DNA from: a virus
Lineage: Duplodnaviria; Caudoviricetes
DNA: 64,000 bases
Virus record (IMG/VR): IMGVR_UViG_3300037501_000255
Strand: one strand, 5' to 3'
The notes under the pieces are model-generated. The model was given only the letters and a program-made list of their open reading frames with translations, was not told the DNA's origin and made no database searches. The translations under genes and the position numbers were made by a program. This document shows, piece by piece, positions 37,787-46,816 of this stretch; within the stretch, counting starts at the first letter, position 1; every line of letters begins with the position of its first letter.

Positions 37787-38970
37787 AGGCTGCTCTCCGC
37801 AAATTCTATAATATAACTTACTGAACCACTAGTATTATTTGTAACATTCCGCAATGCCATACCCTCGCCCGCTCGGAATGTGAGCGGAGCTACGTCATTT
37901 TTCACCGAGAAGATCTCGCCATTGACAGCGAATGCTAGAGCATTAAACCAGTTGGCATTGGCTAGATTTACTTGATTAATTGAAGCGAAGAACCTGCGTA
38001 TGATATAAGATTCGGTAACAGTCGTATCGTTAGTAAAAGATTGCATAACTGATCCCGCAGAAGAGGTATCAAACTTTCTGATAGGTACGGATGTGCCACC
38101 GCTACGATTAGTTATGAAGGCTATATATTCATCTAGCGTGGCCGACTGATTACCGGCATTTTGCCAATTGAGCACATAAACGTTCTCGACCTCTAGTAAC
38201 TTACCGCTGCCCAATGGATTAAATAGTGTGCCCATATATTTGTTGGCCGCTGGTACAATACGGTCAAACAGTATATAGTAGTGCGGCTTGGTGCTCGACG
38301 TAACGTTAACCTGTAACGGCGGCTGATCGCTAGCCATAGTTACAGGGATAGATAGGGCCGCACTTTTCTGCCCTACGGTGGGGGCAGTAGAGCCAAGCCA
38401 GGCACCAACATTGGAATCCAGCCTACCCCCAACTAATGAGGCAGGAAGTCGAGTTTCAAGCTCGCTCCTTATATCTTTAAGGCGCCCAAGAACAGTATAG
38501 GCCGCAGGAGTAACCTGCACCTCGCCCATACGAGCCTCAAATTCCGCTTCTGTCAATAATGTAGAGAGCGTTGCCTCAGAAGCGCGAGTTGACATTGTAA
38601 CATCTAAATTAGATGGATTTTGAATAGCCGCGCGACCACTAGAGTCAATATCCAGAATATTGCTACCGCTAACCACCTGCGTTTTTTGAGATCCGGCGGT
38701 TAGTGTAATGTCAAGCGCAAGCCCTCCCGTAGCACCAATATTGGCAGCAACAGTTCCAGATATCGGCTGTATAGTTGTTCCGGATGGATCAATTTTCAAA
38801 GTACCATCTGCTGCAACTCTTAGTAGTCGTATGGTGCCAGAATCACTTCCGCCTACCAACACTCCGCTTGCATTGGCAGGAATACTAGAATTGGACTTCA
38901 CTACAGCCGAGTACCCGTCCGCGTTCACGATTTCAACAGACGGCTGATTTAATACGACAACTCCAGACAT
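37783..38970 (-). CDS. Putative virion/fiber protein
   Basis: 395 aa with fiber-like modules (LDVTMSTRASEATL, GQKSAALSIPVTMASDQ). 1 DGY. Confidence 0.6.
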   Translation of the reverse strand: MSGVVVLNQPSVEIVNADGYSAVVKSNSSIPANASGVLVGGSDSGTIRLLRVAADGTLKIDPSGTTIQPISGTVAANIGATGGLALDITLTAGSQKTQVVSGSNILDIDSSGRAAIQNPSNLDVTMSTRASEATLSTLLTEAEFEARMGEVQVTPAAYTVLGRLKDIRSELETRLPASLVGGRLDSNVGAWLGSTAPTVGQKSAALSIPVTMASDQPPLQVNVTSSTKPHYYILFDRIVPAANKYMGTLFNPLGSGKLLEVENVYVLNWQNAGNQSATLDEYIAFITNRSGGTSVPIRKFDTSSAGSVMQSFTNDTTVTESYIIRRFFASINQVNLANANWFNALAFAVNGEIFSVKNDVAPLTFRAGEGMALRNVTNNTSGSVSYIIEFAESSL

Positions 38971-39926
38971 TACGGCGTCTCCACATTACTTATACTTGAT
39001 ACAATATTGCCATTATAGGCATAGGTGCTAGTTAACCTCTGTATTTCTACACCTGCTGCGTCATATTGAATAGCCACTTGCTGATATATTTTATTGCCGA
39101 TATATGTGTACTGGTATTCCCGAATTTTTGTAGTCATTGAGACATTTGTATATGTAGTTATAGATGCAACTTTATTACCATCATATATTATGTTTTCATA
39201 ACTATCCTCTGATATGTTATGCACAAGACTATCAATGTTTTCATGATAAGGTTCTGTAATCCCGCCACTAGTAATTGCAGAATCTAACTCTTCAATTGCC
39301 CCCTGTATATCAGTAGCCGTTACATTCGTCAAGCCAGTAGGGTCGATGCCAATGGTAGAGGCTCCAGTCGGATGGTAGATCGATAAGACGCCCACACCAA
39401 TACTAGATGGTAGCGATTCGACGGTGGTTAATACGGTCTGACTATCCACAGATGCAATCGTATATGTGCCAGCAGCTGCACCGCCAACAATAACAATTAT
39501 ATCTCCAGGATACGCTCGCCACAGCTCAAACTTAGCATTATTACATACAATTGTTTTTGTAAATGATGTTGTAGATGAAACCTGTACCGGAAATACACCA
39601 TCATATATGACAACATCTTTATTTGATGATATTAGTTCAGATGATGTAACATACTGCTCTTGTATCGCAAAAACTGAAAAGTTCTGCTGTAGCAGCATAT
39701 ACGGGTCATAATCATAGCCATCGACAGCGGTTTCGCCATAATCCTGGCTGCCTATTTTTAATGTTAACAGGCCATCACTTATAGCGGTAGTTAGATCGCT
39801 ACTGTTTGCTATTTCATCAGCGCTAAAATCTGTAGCCAGGTCATAATCTACTGCCGGGTGAGCTAGGAATATGCCCAGGTCTTTAACTAACACATCGGAT
39901 GATACTGTGCTAACCAAAAATTGCAT
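38970..39926 (-). CDS. Putative virion protein with C-terminal YD-like beta-hairpins
   Basis: 'DLG' N-terminal domain; ATDIQGAIEELD; C-terminal IYDGNKVASITTY...YTYIGNKI...YAYNGNIVSSI. Confidence 0.6.
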   Translation of the reverse strand: MQFLVSTVSSDVLVKDLGIFLAHPAVDYDLATDFSADEIANSSDLTTAISDGLLTLKIGSQDYGETAVDGYDYDPYMLLQQNFSVFAIQEQYVTSSELISSNKDVVIYDGVFPVQVSSTTSFTKTIVCNNAKFELWRAYPGDIIVIVGGAAAGTYTIASVDSQTVLTTVESLPSSIGVGVLSIYHPTGASTIGIDPTGLTNVTATDIQGAIEELDSAITSGGITEPYHENIDSLVHNISEDSYENIIYDGNKVASITTYTNVSMTTKIREYQYTYIGNKIYQQVAIQYDAAGVEIQRLTSTYAYNGNIVSSISNVETP

Positions 39927-39947
39927 AATCTTCCCATATTGAAGTAA

Positions 39948-39996
39948 GCGGGCTCATAAACGGTACAGTGGGAAGTTGTGCCGTTTACGAGCCCAC
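39948..39996 (-). terminator. Long stem-loop after the 40018 gene (terminator or mRNA stabiliser)
   Basis: GTGGGCTCGTAAACGGCACA-loop-TGTACCGTTTATGAGCCCGC, with only a weak U-tract. Confidence 0.6.
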
Positions 39997-40017
39997 TATC
40001 ATACTGCTAGGCTATAT

Positions 40018-41316
40018 TTATACTCTCCAGGCAATTTCTACAGCTGCCAGAGGCTGCGGCACTGCCGTGCCGTTGCAATAGAGCTGTATTTCATCGCCGG
40101 CACTGATATCTACGTTTGTAGAAGTTGTGCTACTGCCAGCAACTGCCGTAAGTGTTAGTGAGGCAATTGGGGTGACAACACCATTCTTGCGCACTTCCAG
40201 TGTCCACGTATGGGCGCTATCGGTCTGGGCTACCAGGCCAACAATGGTTCCATTACGCATGGCGCGATACCCTGTACTGCTCGACGCCAGACCATCCGGT
40301 CCGCGCAGATAAAGATTCGTAGCATTACCATTACGAGCAGCCCACCACATCTGGCGCTCAACAGAGAGCCACTTGGAACGAGTACCATCGTATACATACA
40401 GTATGCCACCGATAAACGAAGTCTTCCCATCAACGCCTGTCGGTGGAGAGACATCAACTGGGAGTATGATTTCGCCAGTCGTAAAGTCAAACGTACCAGA
40501 AACAACGTTGCGCGCTGCGTTGCCAGATAGCAATGCATATTGAGTATGATCATCATCGAGCATGCCGGTAAGCACGCCGTGGTCGGTGACGGAGCTAGTC
40601 GTATCCGTCAGCTCTACCCAGGATAGGCCGTCGTAGAATACGAGATAACCATCATCACTATCAAATGCAATTTCGCCAGCTGCCGGAGTTGCAAAGTTCG
40701 CTGCTGGATCCGTATCGGACGGCAGACCCAGGCGCCCACCAGAGGCATCGAGAGTACCGTTTAGATCAATGCTGCCAGTTACTGTATTGCGGGCAGCATT
40801 ACCTGATAGCAGCAAATATTGAGTGTGGTCATCATCAAGCAGACCGCTAAGCTGGTCGTGCGAAGTGAGGTCACCACCCTCAGACAATTGAACATATTTT
40901 GACTCATAGCCATCATAAAATACCAGATAGCCATCATCTGTGTCATAGAAGAAGTCACCAGCTAGGGTTGGGACCCATCCGGATTGACGATTTGGGATAG
41001 TAAGGCGACCGTCACGAAGATCGAAATGATTGTTGCCAAAATCCTTAACAAAGGCAACGTCAGAATCAAAAGTGCCGGTTTCCTGAGCAATGCCATCTTG
41101 AGACCATTCCAGATATCCATCTGTAATAGCCATATATAGGTCATATGAATTTTTTAGCTCATCAGCAGTAAACTGGCCGTAACCATCAATTGGTCCCAGA
41201 CCATTGTGTACGCTCAGCACCGTCCATGATGCCCCTGTAAGCACTACATAACCAAGATCTGAAATTAGGAAATCAGGATCAGAGCCACCATTCCCTGTGC
41301 GGACATAAAATGACAT
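40018..41316 (-). CDS. Virion protein, probably abundant, with duplicated central module
   Basis: Duplicated DDGYLVFYDG...HxxLxGxLDDDHTQYxLLSGNAARN. C-terminal domain shared with 41373 and 42929. SD GGAGG. 5 DGY. Confidence 0.7.
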   Translation of the reverse strand: MSFYVRTGNGGSDPDFLISDLGYVVLTGASWTVLSVHNGLGPIDGYGQFTADELKNSYDLYMAITDGYLEWSQDGIAQETGTFDSDVAFVKDFGNNHFDLRDGRLTIPNRQSGWVPTLAGDFFYDTDDGYLVFYDGYESKYVQLSEGGDLTSHDQLSGLLDDDHTQYLLLSGNAARNTVTGSIDLNGTLDASGGRLGLPSDTDPAANFATPAAGEIAFDSDDGYLVFYDGLSWVELTDTTSSVTDHGVLTGMLDDDHTQYALLSGNAARNVVSGTFDFTTGEIILPVDVSPPTGVDGKTSFIGGILYVYDGTRSKWLSVERQMWWAARNGNATNLYLRGPDGLASSSTGYRAMRNGTIVGLVAQTDSAHTWTLEVRKNGVVTPIASLTLTAVAGSSTTSTNVDISAGDEIQLYCNGTAVPQPLAAVEIAWRV

Positions 41317-41363
41317 TTAAAGCCTCCAAAAATACCCTATCATAAATCAAAGCAATGAATAAT

Positions 41364-41371
41364 AATTAGTA
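41364..41371 (-). promoter_or_regulatory. Candidate late promoter TACTAATT
   Basis: 48 nt upstream of the 40018-41316 start. Confidence 0.5.
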
Positions 41372-41372
41372 G

Positions 41373-42914
41373 TCAGCCGCGTCGTGCCAAGACAACGCTA
41401 ACTCTAGGATATGATATATTACTTCCATTCATATATAATTGAATAGCTGTCCCTGCAGCCACGTCTACATTAAGAGTATTGGAGAATGCCTGAGTGGCCG
41501 CATTAACGGTAAGCGCAGCTCCGACCAGCGGAACTAGCCCGACGCGCACCTCGCCCGTCCACGTCGCCGCCGCCCGACACGAAAGACTCATGCCAACTAT
41601 AGTAGCATCAAATGGGACTATAAATGGTGCCACAGTTGAAGCTACACCATCATCATGATAGAAATACACATTTGATGCGTTGTGCACGTCACGAGCACCG
41701 CCCGTCATAACTGTACGTGGAGAGAGCCACTTGCCCCGTATGCCATCATAAACATATAATTCATACTCTGGTACTTTAACCCATAATTGTCCAGGATACG
41801 GCGCTGCCGGCGCACTTGCCGCAACAGTAGTTGAATTTACCTGCGCCCACGAGGCTAGCCCCGAACCATCTCCGCGCAAAAAATAGCCATCTACTGCACC
41901 GGTAGGCATCTGAAAAGCTGTAGTTCTGGTTAATCCTATAACATCAACTGCGGCAGTTGGAGAAAGTGTGCCAACGCCTATGCTGGCAGCAGCCAAGATA
42001 TTATCAGCAAATGTCTTTTCTCCAAATACAGTTTCATCCTGATTCTGATTTACATAATTATCATCAGCAAACTCTAAACTAGAATCATTCAAAAACTCGG
42101 GGTCTTCTTGATATCCTGATGGTAATGGCACTCCTGCAGGCAGCTCAATTAAGTAAAATACTCTGCATGATAGCGAAGATTCCGGCGCAGCATTAAGTAT
42201 GACTGTTGTCCCAATCTGAGATGTTACCTTAACTCTATTTGACGGCAAATATTTGGCCGGAATAGACAATGTTGTTGTCGGAGGCGCGGCGCTGTCTGCA
42301 CTTAGCACTATAACAGCAGTATCATTTATAAGATATGATGGATTAAACGCCAGCCCAGTTCCATTTTGAAAATTTGTTAGAGTAAGACTGGTTGAAACTG
42401 GCGCTGAAAAGTCCTGATACTGCCATATTTTTATTGGTGGTTTAACATTGCCGGCAAATAGTAACCAATCTTCCTTAGTAAGATAACCATCCGCAGTCGC
42501 GCTGGCGGGTGGTATGCTTAGCGCTCCGCTATTAATTTGTAGCGGAGGGGTCGCTGATGCTATTGCGGGTGCTATCCAAGAAAACTTATCATCATCTACG
42601 GCCGAAGGTACTGCCCCAGGAAAATAAGCATTGGTAGAATTGATATTTCGTGGACCTACTATTCCATAGTAGAAGCTCGCCAGAACAAGACGACGTATTA
42701 CGAGAGTCTTTTTAATTACGACTTCATTATATAGATCTCCCCATGGCTTTTCTAGGCCTTTGAGAATAAGATCTTCATATAATGTATTAGGATCTACTTC
42801 GTCAAATAGCTCAACTACTTGACCGGGCAGAATCGTAGTAAGGCCAAGCAGACGTACGGCCTTGTTCGAGATATTCTCTATTACTAGACTGGGCCTGTAG
42901 AACGGTACAGTCAA
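41373..42914 (-). CDS. Virion/fiber protein (paralog of 42929-44413)
   Basis: Collinear similarity to the neighbour: ENISNK, GYLTKEDWLLF, WQY, CRVFYLIELPAG, LWVKVPEYELYVYDG. Confidence 0.7.
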   Translation of the reverse strand: MTVPFYRPSLVIENISNKAVRLLGLTTILPGQVVELFDEVDPNTLYEDLILKGLEKPWGDLYNEVVIKKTLVIRRLVLASFYYGIVGPRNINSTNAYFPGAVPSAVDDDKFSWIAPAIASATPPLQINSGALSIPPASATADGYLTKEDWLLFAGNVKPPIKIWQYQDFSAPVSTSLTLTNFQNGTGLAFNPSYLINDTAVIVLSADSAAPPTTTLSIPAKYLPSNRVKVTSQIGTTVILNAAPESSLSCRVFYLIELPAGVPLPSGYQEDPEFLNDSSLEFADDNYVNQNQDETVFGEKTFADNILAAASIGVGTLSPTAAVDVIGLTRTTAFQMPTGAVDGYFLRGDGSGLASWAQVNSTTVAASAPAAPYPGQLWVKVPEYELYVYDGIRGKWLSPRTVMTGGARDVHNASNVYFYHDDGVASTVAPFIVPFDATIVGMSLSCRAAATWTGEVRVGLVPLVGAALTVNAATQAFSNTLNVDVAAGTAIQLYMNGSNISYPRVSVVLARRG

Positions 42915-42928
42915 CGCTCACCGCCCTG

Positions 42929-44413
42929 TCAGAGGCTCTTTCTAAATATCGCCTCAATTTTTGGTTTATCTATCATGTGACCATTTACAAAAAATTGTAT
43001 TCGATCACCTAGATTGAATTGTACGTTGAGATCTACTCGAAATCCACGTCCATCCTCACCAACCCCAATTGCAGCGCCAGGAACCAGAGAGTTATTTACA
43101 TGAATTTCAGCCGTCCACACAGAGCCGCGCTCGCTTGAGGCGACTAGACCGACCAAAGTGCCCTTGAAAGGCAGTATATCGCTCGTAGAGCCGCCTCCGT
43201 GCGTGAGGTAGGCGTGCGCAAGCAGTTGCGGGGACCATGCACTCATAGAGCGTTCTGCGACGCTTAGCCAGCACGACCGGGTACCATCATAAACATATAG
43301 TTGGAATTCAGGAGATTTTACCCACAGCTGTCCATTATAACAACTGACTGGCGGACCATCAGATACTAGTGGGTTAGGTTGCCAGCTACCATGACCCATT
43401 GCGGAAGATGTTAGGGAGTAGTTGGCCTGCGGGGAATCCTTTAAGACTATAGAGTGCGCCGTTACAGGTCCGCCGACCACTAACTCTCCTACGATTTTCT
43501 GATTGGCTTCAAATGCCACATCAGACTTAAATGTTTTAGCTCCCTTTATGAATTCTGTTTTAGAGCTATTTAGATCAATAAAATCAAAGTATTCTGCGCG
43601 TACTTTACGTACATAGTCAGGAGCGCCACTGTATGAAGCAGGTATTTCAGTACCAGCAGGTAGGGCAACTAAGAAGTATAGCCTACACTCTTCAGTTGGA
43701 GAAGGTGCGCGATCTAGGACAACCTCATCTCCAACATGCTGTATAACAACGATACCGCCATTACCAGAAATACGATTCCACAGGGAACGACCAGGCGCTT
43801 CATTATCAGACTTTCGCACAACCACGGCGCTACCACTAACAATAGATCCTGCATTAAAAGGGATATTAATATCGCTAAATGATGCAATCTTGCATCTTAC
43901 ACCAGGATCTAGCGGAAGATCGCAATATTGCCATATACGAAATCCGGTAGTAATGTTGCTAAACATTAGCCAGTCTTCTTTGCTAAGGTACCCCGATGTA
44001 TGTGCTCCAGCACGCTCCATACGCAGAACATCACCATCACGTACCAGCGGCGGGTCGACATCTACATGCCCTCCGCCACCACTAACCCATTTCAAATCCT
44101 TGCCATCAAAACCCACAACCTTTCCGCGCTCAGGCGCATTCACTGTGCGGATATGGCCACTATCAATCTGAACATTATCTAATGAGGCTAATCTGAAATC
44201 ATGGATAATAATCTTTTTCTGCAACACACTAAAAACATACAGCTCGCCATTTGGTGAGCGCAGCGCATCAATGACCCGAGCCTCACTTAGAGTTGGGATA
44301 GATTTGAATAGATCTGTGCGTGCACCTGGATGTAGTCGGTAGCTGCCAAACAGGATAACATCCTTACTTGACACGTTCTCAACATGAAAAAATACTTCTG
44401 TAAAAGCTACCAT
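42929..44413 (-). CDS. Virion/fiber protein (paralog of 41373-42914)
   Basis: Probable start MVAFTE at 44413 (SD GGAG). Same domain order as the paralog. No DGY. Confidence 0.7.
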   Translation of the reverse strand: MVAFTEVFFHVENVSSKDVILFGSYRLHPGARTDLFKSIPTLSEARVIDALRSPNGELYVFSVLQKKIIIHDFRLASLDNVQIDSGHIRTVNAPERGKVVGFDGKDLKWVSGGGGHVDVDPPLVRDGDVLRMERAGAHTSGYLSKEDWLMFSNITTGFRIWQYCDLPLDPGVRCKIASFSDINIPFNAGSIVSGSAVVVRKSDNEAPGRSLWNRISGNGGIVVIQHVGDEVVLDRAPSPTEECRLYFLVALPAGTEIPASYSGAPDYVRKVRAEYFDFIDLNSSKTEFIKGAKTFKSDVAFEANQKIVGELVVGGPVTAHSIVLKDSPQANYSLTSSAMGHGSWQPNPLVSDGPPVSCYNGQLWVKSPEFQLYVYDGTRSCWLSVAERSMSAWSPQLLAHAYLTHGGGSTSDILPFKGTLVGLVASSERGSVWTAEIHVNNSLVPGAAIGVGEDGRGFRVDLNVQFNLGDRIQFFVNGHMIDKPKIEAIFRKSL

Positions 44414-44446
44414 GCCACGCTCCAATGTCCATATATACCACGAGGA

Positions 44447-44470
44447 TATTGGTATGGCAAAATATTAGTA
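44447..44470 (-). promoter_or_regulatory. Candidate late promoters TACTAATA (44463-44470) and TACCAATA (44447-44454)
   Basis: Two copies in the 60-nt gap between the Hef-like gene and 42929-44413. Confidence 0.55.
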
Positions 44471-44474
44471 TTTT

Positions 44475-45641
44475 TCAGGCTATGTCGAGCTCGTAGATCT
44501 TGGACCCGACCCCATACATTCTGTAAACACCTGCCTGTAAAGCAATCTCGCGCTCGCTTTTTTCTCCAGAAGCACGGTATTTGAATCTATGATACCTAGA
44601 TATTCCATCAGTATAGTAATAATCTGGTTTTGTATGGCCAACTTCGGAAAACCCACTAACCACATACACATTGCCAGTACCATAGCGCAAATCAGAATAT
44701 GACAGAATTTTTCTGTACCTTCCTGATAGCTCAGCCTTTACCGCCGCCAGTAGTTTACTAAACCCACCCATAACAGAGTGTCCTCGGAGCACTGCGAATC
44801 TTGCAATCTCAATAGTCTCTAAATACTTCTTGGTAAAAGGCTGTCGCATAGAGATTGCTGCGACGATCTGATCCGCATGCTGCAATCCCAGATAAAGCTG
44901 TCCGGCGGTATGTCCGGATATATGATTATATTTGAAAAATTCTGCTGCCGATTTGGCAGTTAGCGTAACCACATCACACCGCCTCGCCGCAATCTTCACC
45001 AGACCAGGCATGCCGGCCTTTGCAATAATCATAGACTTAATCAGATCTCTATTTGTGAGAAGCTCATCCATAAAAAACACAAGTGCTGTATATCCACCCT
45101 GTGCAGCTCTATAGAAATCTCTTGCTAAGAAACGGTACTGTGAGAAATATGTTGAGTTTGGAATTATGAGGATTATTGTCTGACCATTAGATACGATCCC
45201 GGTATCCTGGTCAAAATCAAAACCTATTTCATTAGCAAATTCGTTAATTATAGGCATATGTGCGGAGTAAAGACCAACCAAGCTTTTTAAAGTGCGGCAA
45301 ATATCTACCAGCTGCACTGCGGCGGCGTCAATGGACCGAATCTCCCTAATCACACGCCGTGCCCGACCAGCACGACTTAGAGAGTATGCCGCTCGACTCC
45401 TTCTGTTAGAATTAATCTCTGACGGATCTATAAATCTCCGCAGCACGCGACTAACAGTCATCTTATTACTAAAGATTATGTCGGGATGCGACGAAATCTG
45501 TTCGACAGTAAGCCCCGACCTATACAGGTCAACGCACATCCGCTCATTCCTCAAATACTCGGAATGATGGTGGACTCGCACATGCTTTGAAATGTACACA
45601 GATTGCTTTCCACAAATACGACACACTACACTCGCCTCCAC
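44475..45641 (-). CDS. Hef-like homing-endonuclease-family protein (Zn finger + HTH + degenerate nuclease + GNAT-like domain)
   Basis: GTG start at 45641 with SD GGAGG. CRIC...H..H finger. C-terminal IAARRC...NHISG...EIARF...GGFSKLL...SYSDLRYGTGNVY...GF matches the phage Hef-like pattern. Confidence 0.7.
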   Translation of the reverse strand: MEASVVCRICGKQSVYISKHVRVHHHSEYLRNERMCVDLYRSGLTVEQISSHPDIIFSNKMTVSRVLRRFIDPSEINSNRRSRAAYSLSRAGRARRVIREIRSIDAAAVQLVDICRTLKSLVGLYSAHMPIINEFANEIGFDFDQDTGIVSNGQTIILIIPNSTYFSQYRFLARDFYRAAQGGYTALVFFMDELLTNRDLIKSMIIAKAGMPGLVKIAARRCDVVTLTAKSAAEFFKYNHISGHTAGQLYLGLQHADQIVAAISMRQPFTKKYLETIEIARFAVLRGHSVMGGFSKLLAAVKAELSGRYRKILSYSDLRYGTGNVYVVSGFSEVGHTKPDYYYTDGISRYHRFKYRASGEKSEREIALQAGVYRMYGVGSKIYELDIA

Positions 45642-46684
45642 GTATATCCTCCATGGCTTTTTCTCCGTCCCAGACAACAAAGAGAAACTTTGTTAGGCAT
45701 AAATCCATCCAATAACGTAGATGCAGTATCAGGGTACTCCTTCTGCTCGCCCGTCTCAATAGACGTTCCAATTACCCGGCCTTTACTACGCTGCGGAGCA
45801 ACAAGTGACTGGCTGAGAGGAGAATCTCCCCACTCCCAAAAACAGCCTTTATGCGTGCGGCGCGTGCCCTCACAGCACGAAATGACATTCCCTACCGAGT
45901 AACCGTCGCCAGAGACGGCAGATACCATTGGATACAGAAATACAGTACCATCCGAACAAGATATTCTGCGGACACACCTCCCGCTGACCTTTCGACGCCT
46001 TGGCGCCTTTTTAGGCACAACGGCACTAGAAATTTCATTATTGAAACTCCATAAATAACCATTATGAGATTTAAGCTGCGACCGACAGCACGCATACACA
46101 CTGCTATATGTGGCTCCCGGCGTGTTACGCACGGCCGCAGAGATGCTGTCAAAAATGCACTGGTTACCACCATCTAAATCACTTCTAATTATACTACAAG
46201 ATATCCTAGTAGTTATAAACTTTGGACTTGTACCATCAGCAAATTGCCACAAGTACCCGCGATGACTTGCCATATGTCCATGGCAGCACGCCGTAATACT
46301 ACCCTCGTTAAACCCTTCTAGGGCCGCTAAGTCACGCGTAGCGAATTCTACAGATTCGCCGGTTTTCATATCGATACGAACAATAGGCCTATTCGGCGGC
46401 GGATTAGGAGCATTAACGTCTTTAGATATATTGTATTCAGGCTGAATAGTATCTATATAGAACTGCTCGAGATCAAAAAGATTGGTTGTATCACACTGCT
46501 CAATAACTTCAAACACAAAAGCACTGGGACCGTATTTTTCCCATGCAGATTGAAGATACCTTGAGTGATGCTTGCCGTTCCGCAAATCGCGCCTGTGGCA
46601 TTGCCACCTAGATTTTATGTTGTTAGACGAGCCTATGTAGCAATGTCCAGATAATACATTGTATATTATATAGATGCCAATCAC
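45626..46684 (-). CDS. Free-standing GIY-YIG homing endonuclease with NUMOD1-like repeats
   Basis: GIYIIYN...CYIGSS...RW..H...L...H...LQSAWEKYG...FEVIE, followed by four repeats ending CC.G...SH.GY.W. Confidence 0.93.
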   Translation of the reverse strand: MIGIYIIYNVLSGHCYIGSSNNIKSRWQCHRRDLRNGKHHSRYLQSAWEKYGPSAFVFEVIEQCDTTNLFDLEQFYIDTIQPEYNISKDVNAPNPPPNRPIVRIDMKTGESVEFATRDLAALEGFNEGSITACCHGHMASHRGYLWQFADGTSPKFITTRISCSIIRSDLDGGNQCIFDSISAAVRNTPGATYSSVYACCRSQLKSHNGYLWSFNNEISSAVVPKKAPRRRKVSGRCVRRISCSDGTVFLYPMVSAVSGDGYSVGNVISCCEGTRRTHKGCFWEWGDSPLSQSLVAPQRSKGRVIGTSIETGEQKEYPDTASTLLDGFMPNKVSLCCLGRRKSHGGYTWRRV

Positions 46685-46751
46685 AATAATTATTATTGGC
46701 TTGTAACGTTGGATGGACTTTAGATATATAAATCAGCACAATGTTACAAGC

Positions 46752-46785
46752 AAAATAAAACGCGCAGGGCGAAACCTGCGCGTTT
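46752..46785 (-). terminator. Rho-independent terminator after the major capsid gene
   Basis: GAAACGCGCAGG-TTTCGC-CCTGCGCGTTTTATTTT. A second small hairpin GCTGCC-AAAA-GGCAGC lies just upstream. Confidence 0.85.
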
Positions 46786-46816
46786 CACTGCTGCCTTTTG
46801 GCAGCTAATTCAGCTA

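Noticed and set aside
45900-46000. One DGY (SGDGYSV) in the GIY-YIG endonuclease
   Set aside because: A single occurrence in a non-virion protein is consistent with background, so it was not counted in the 63.
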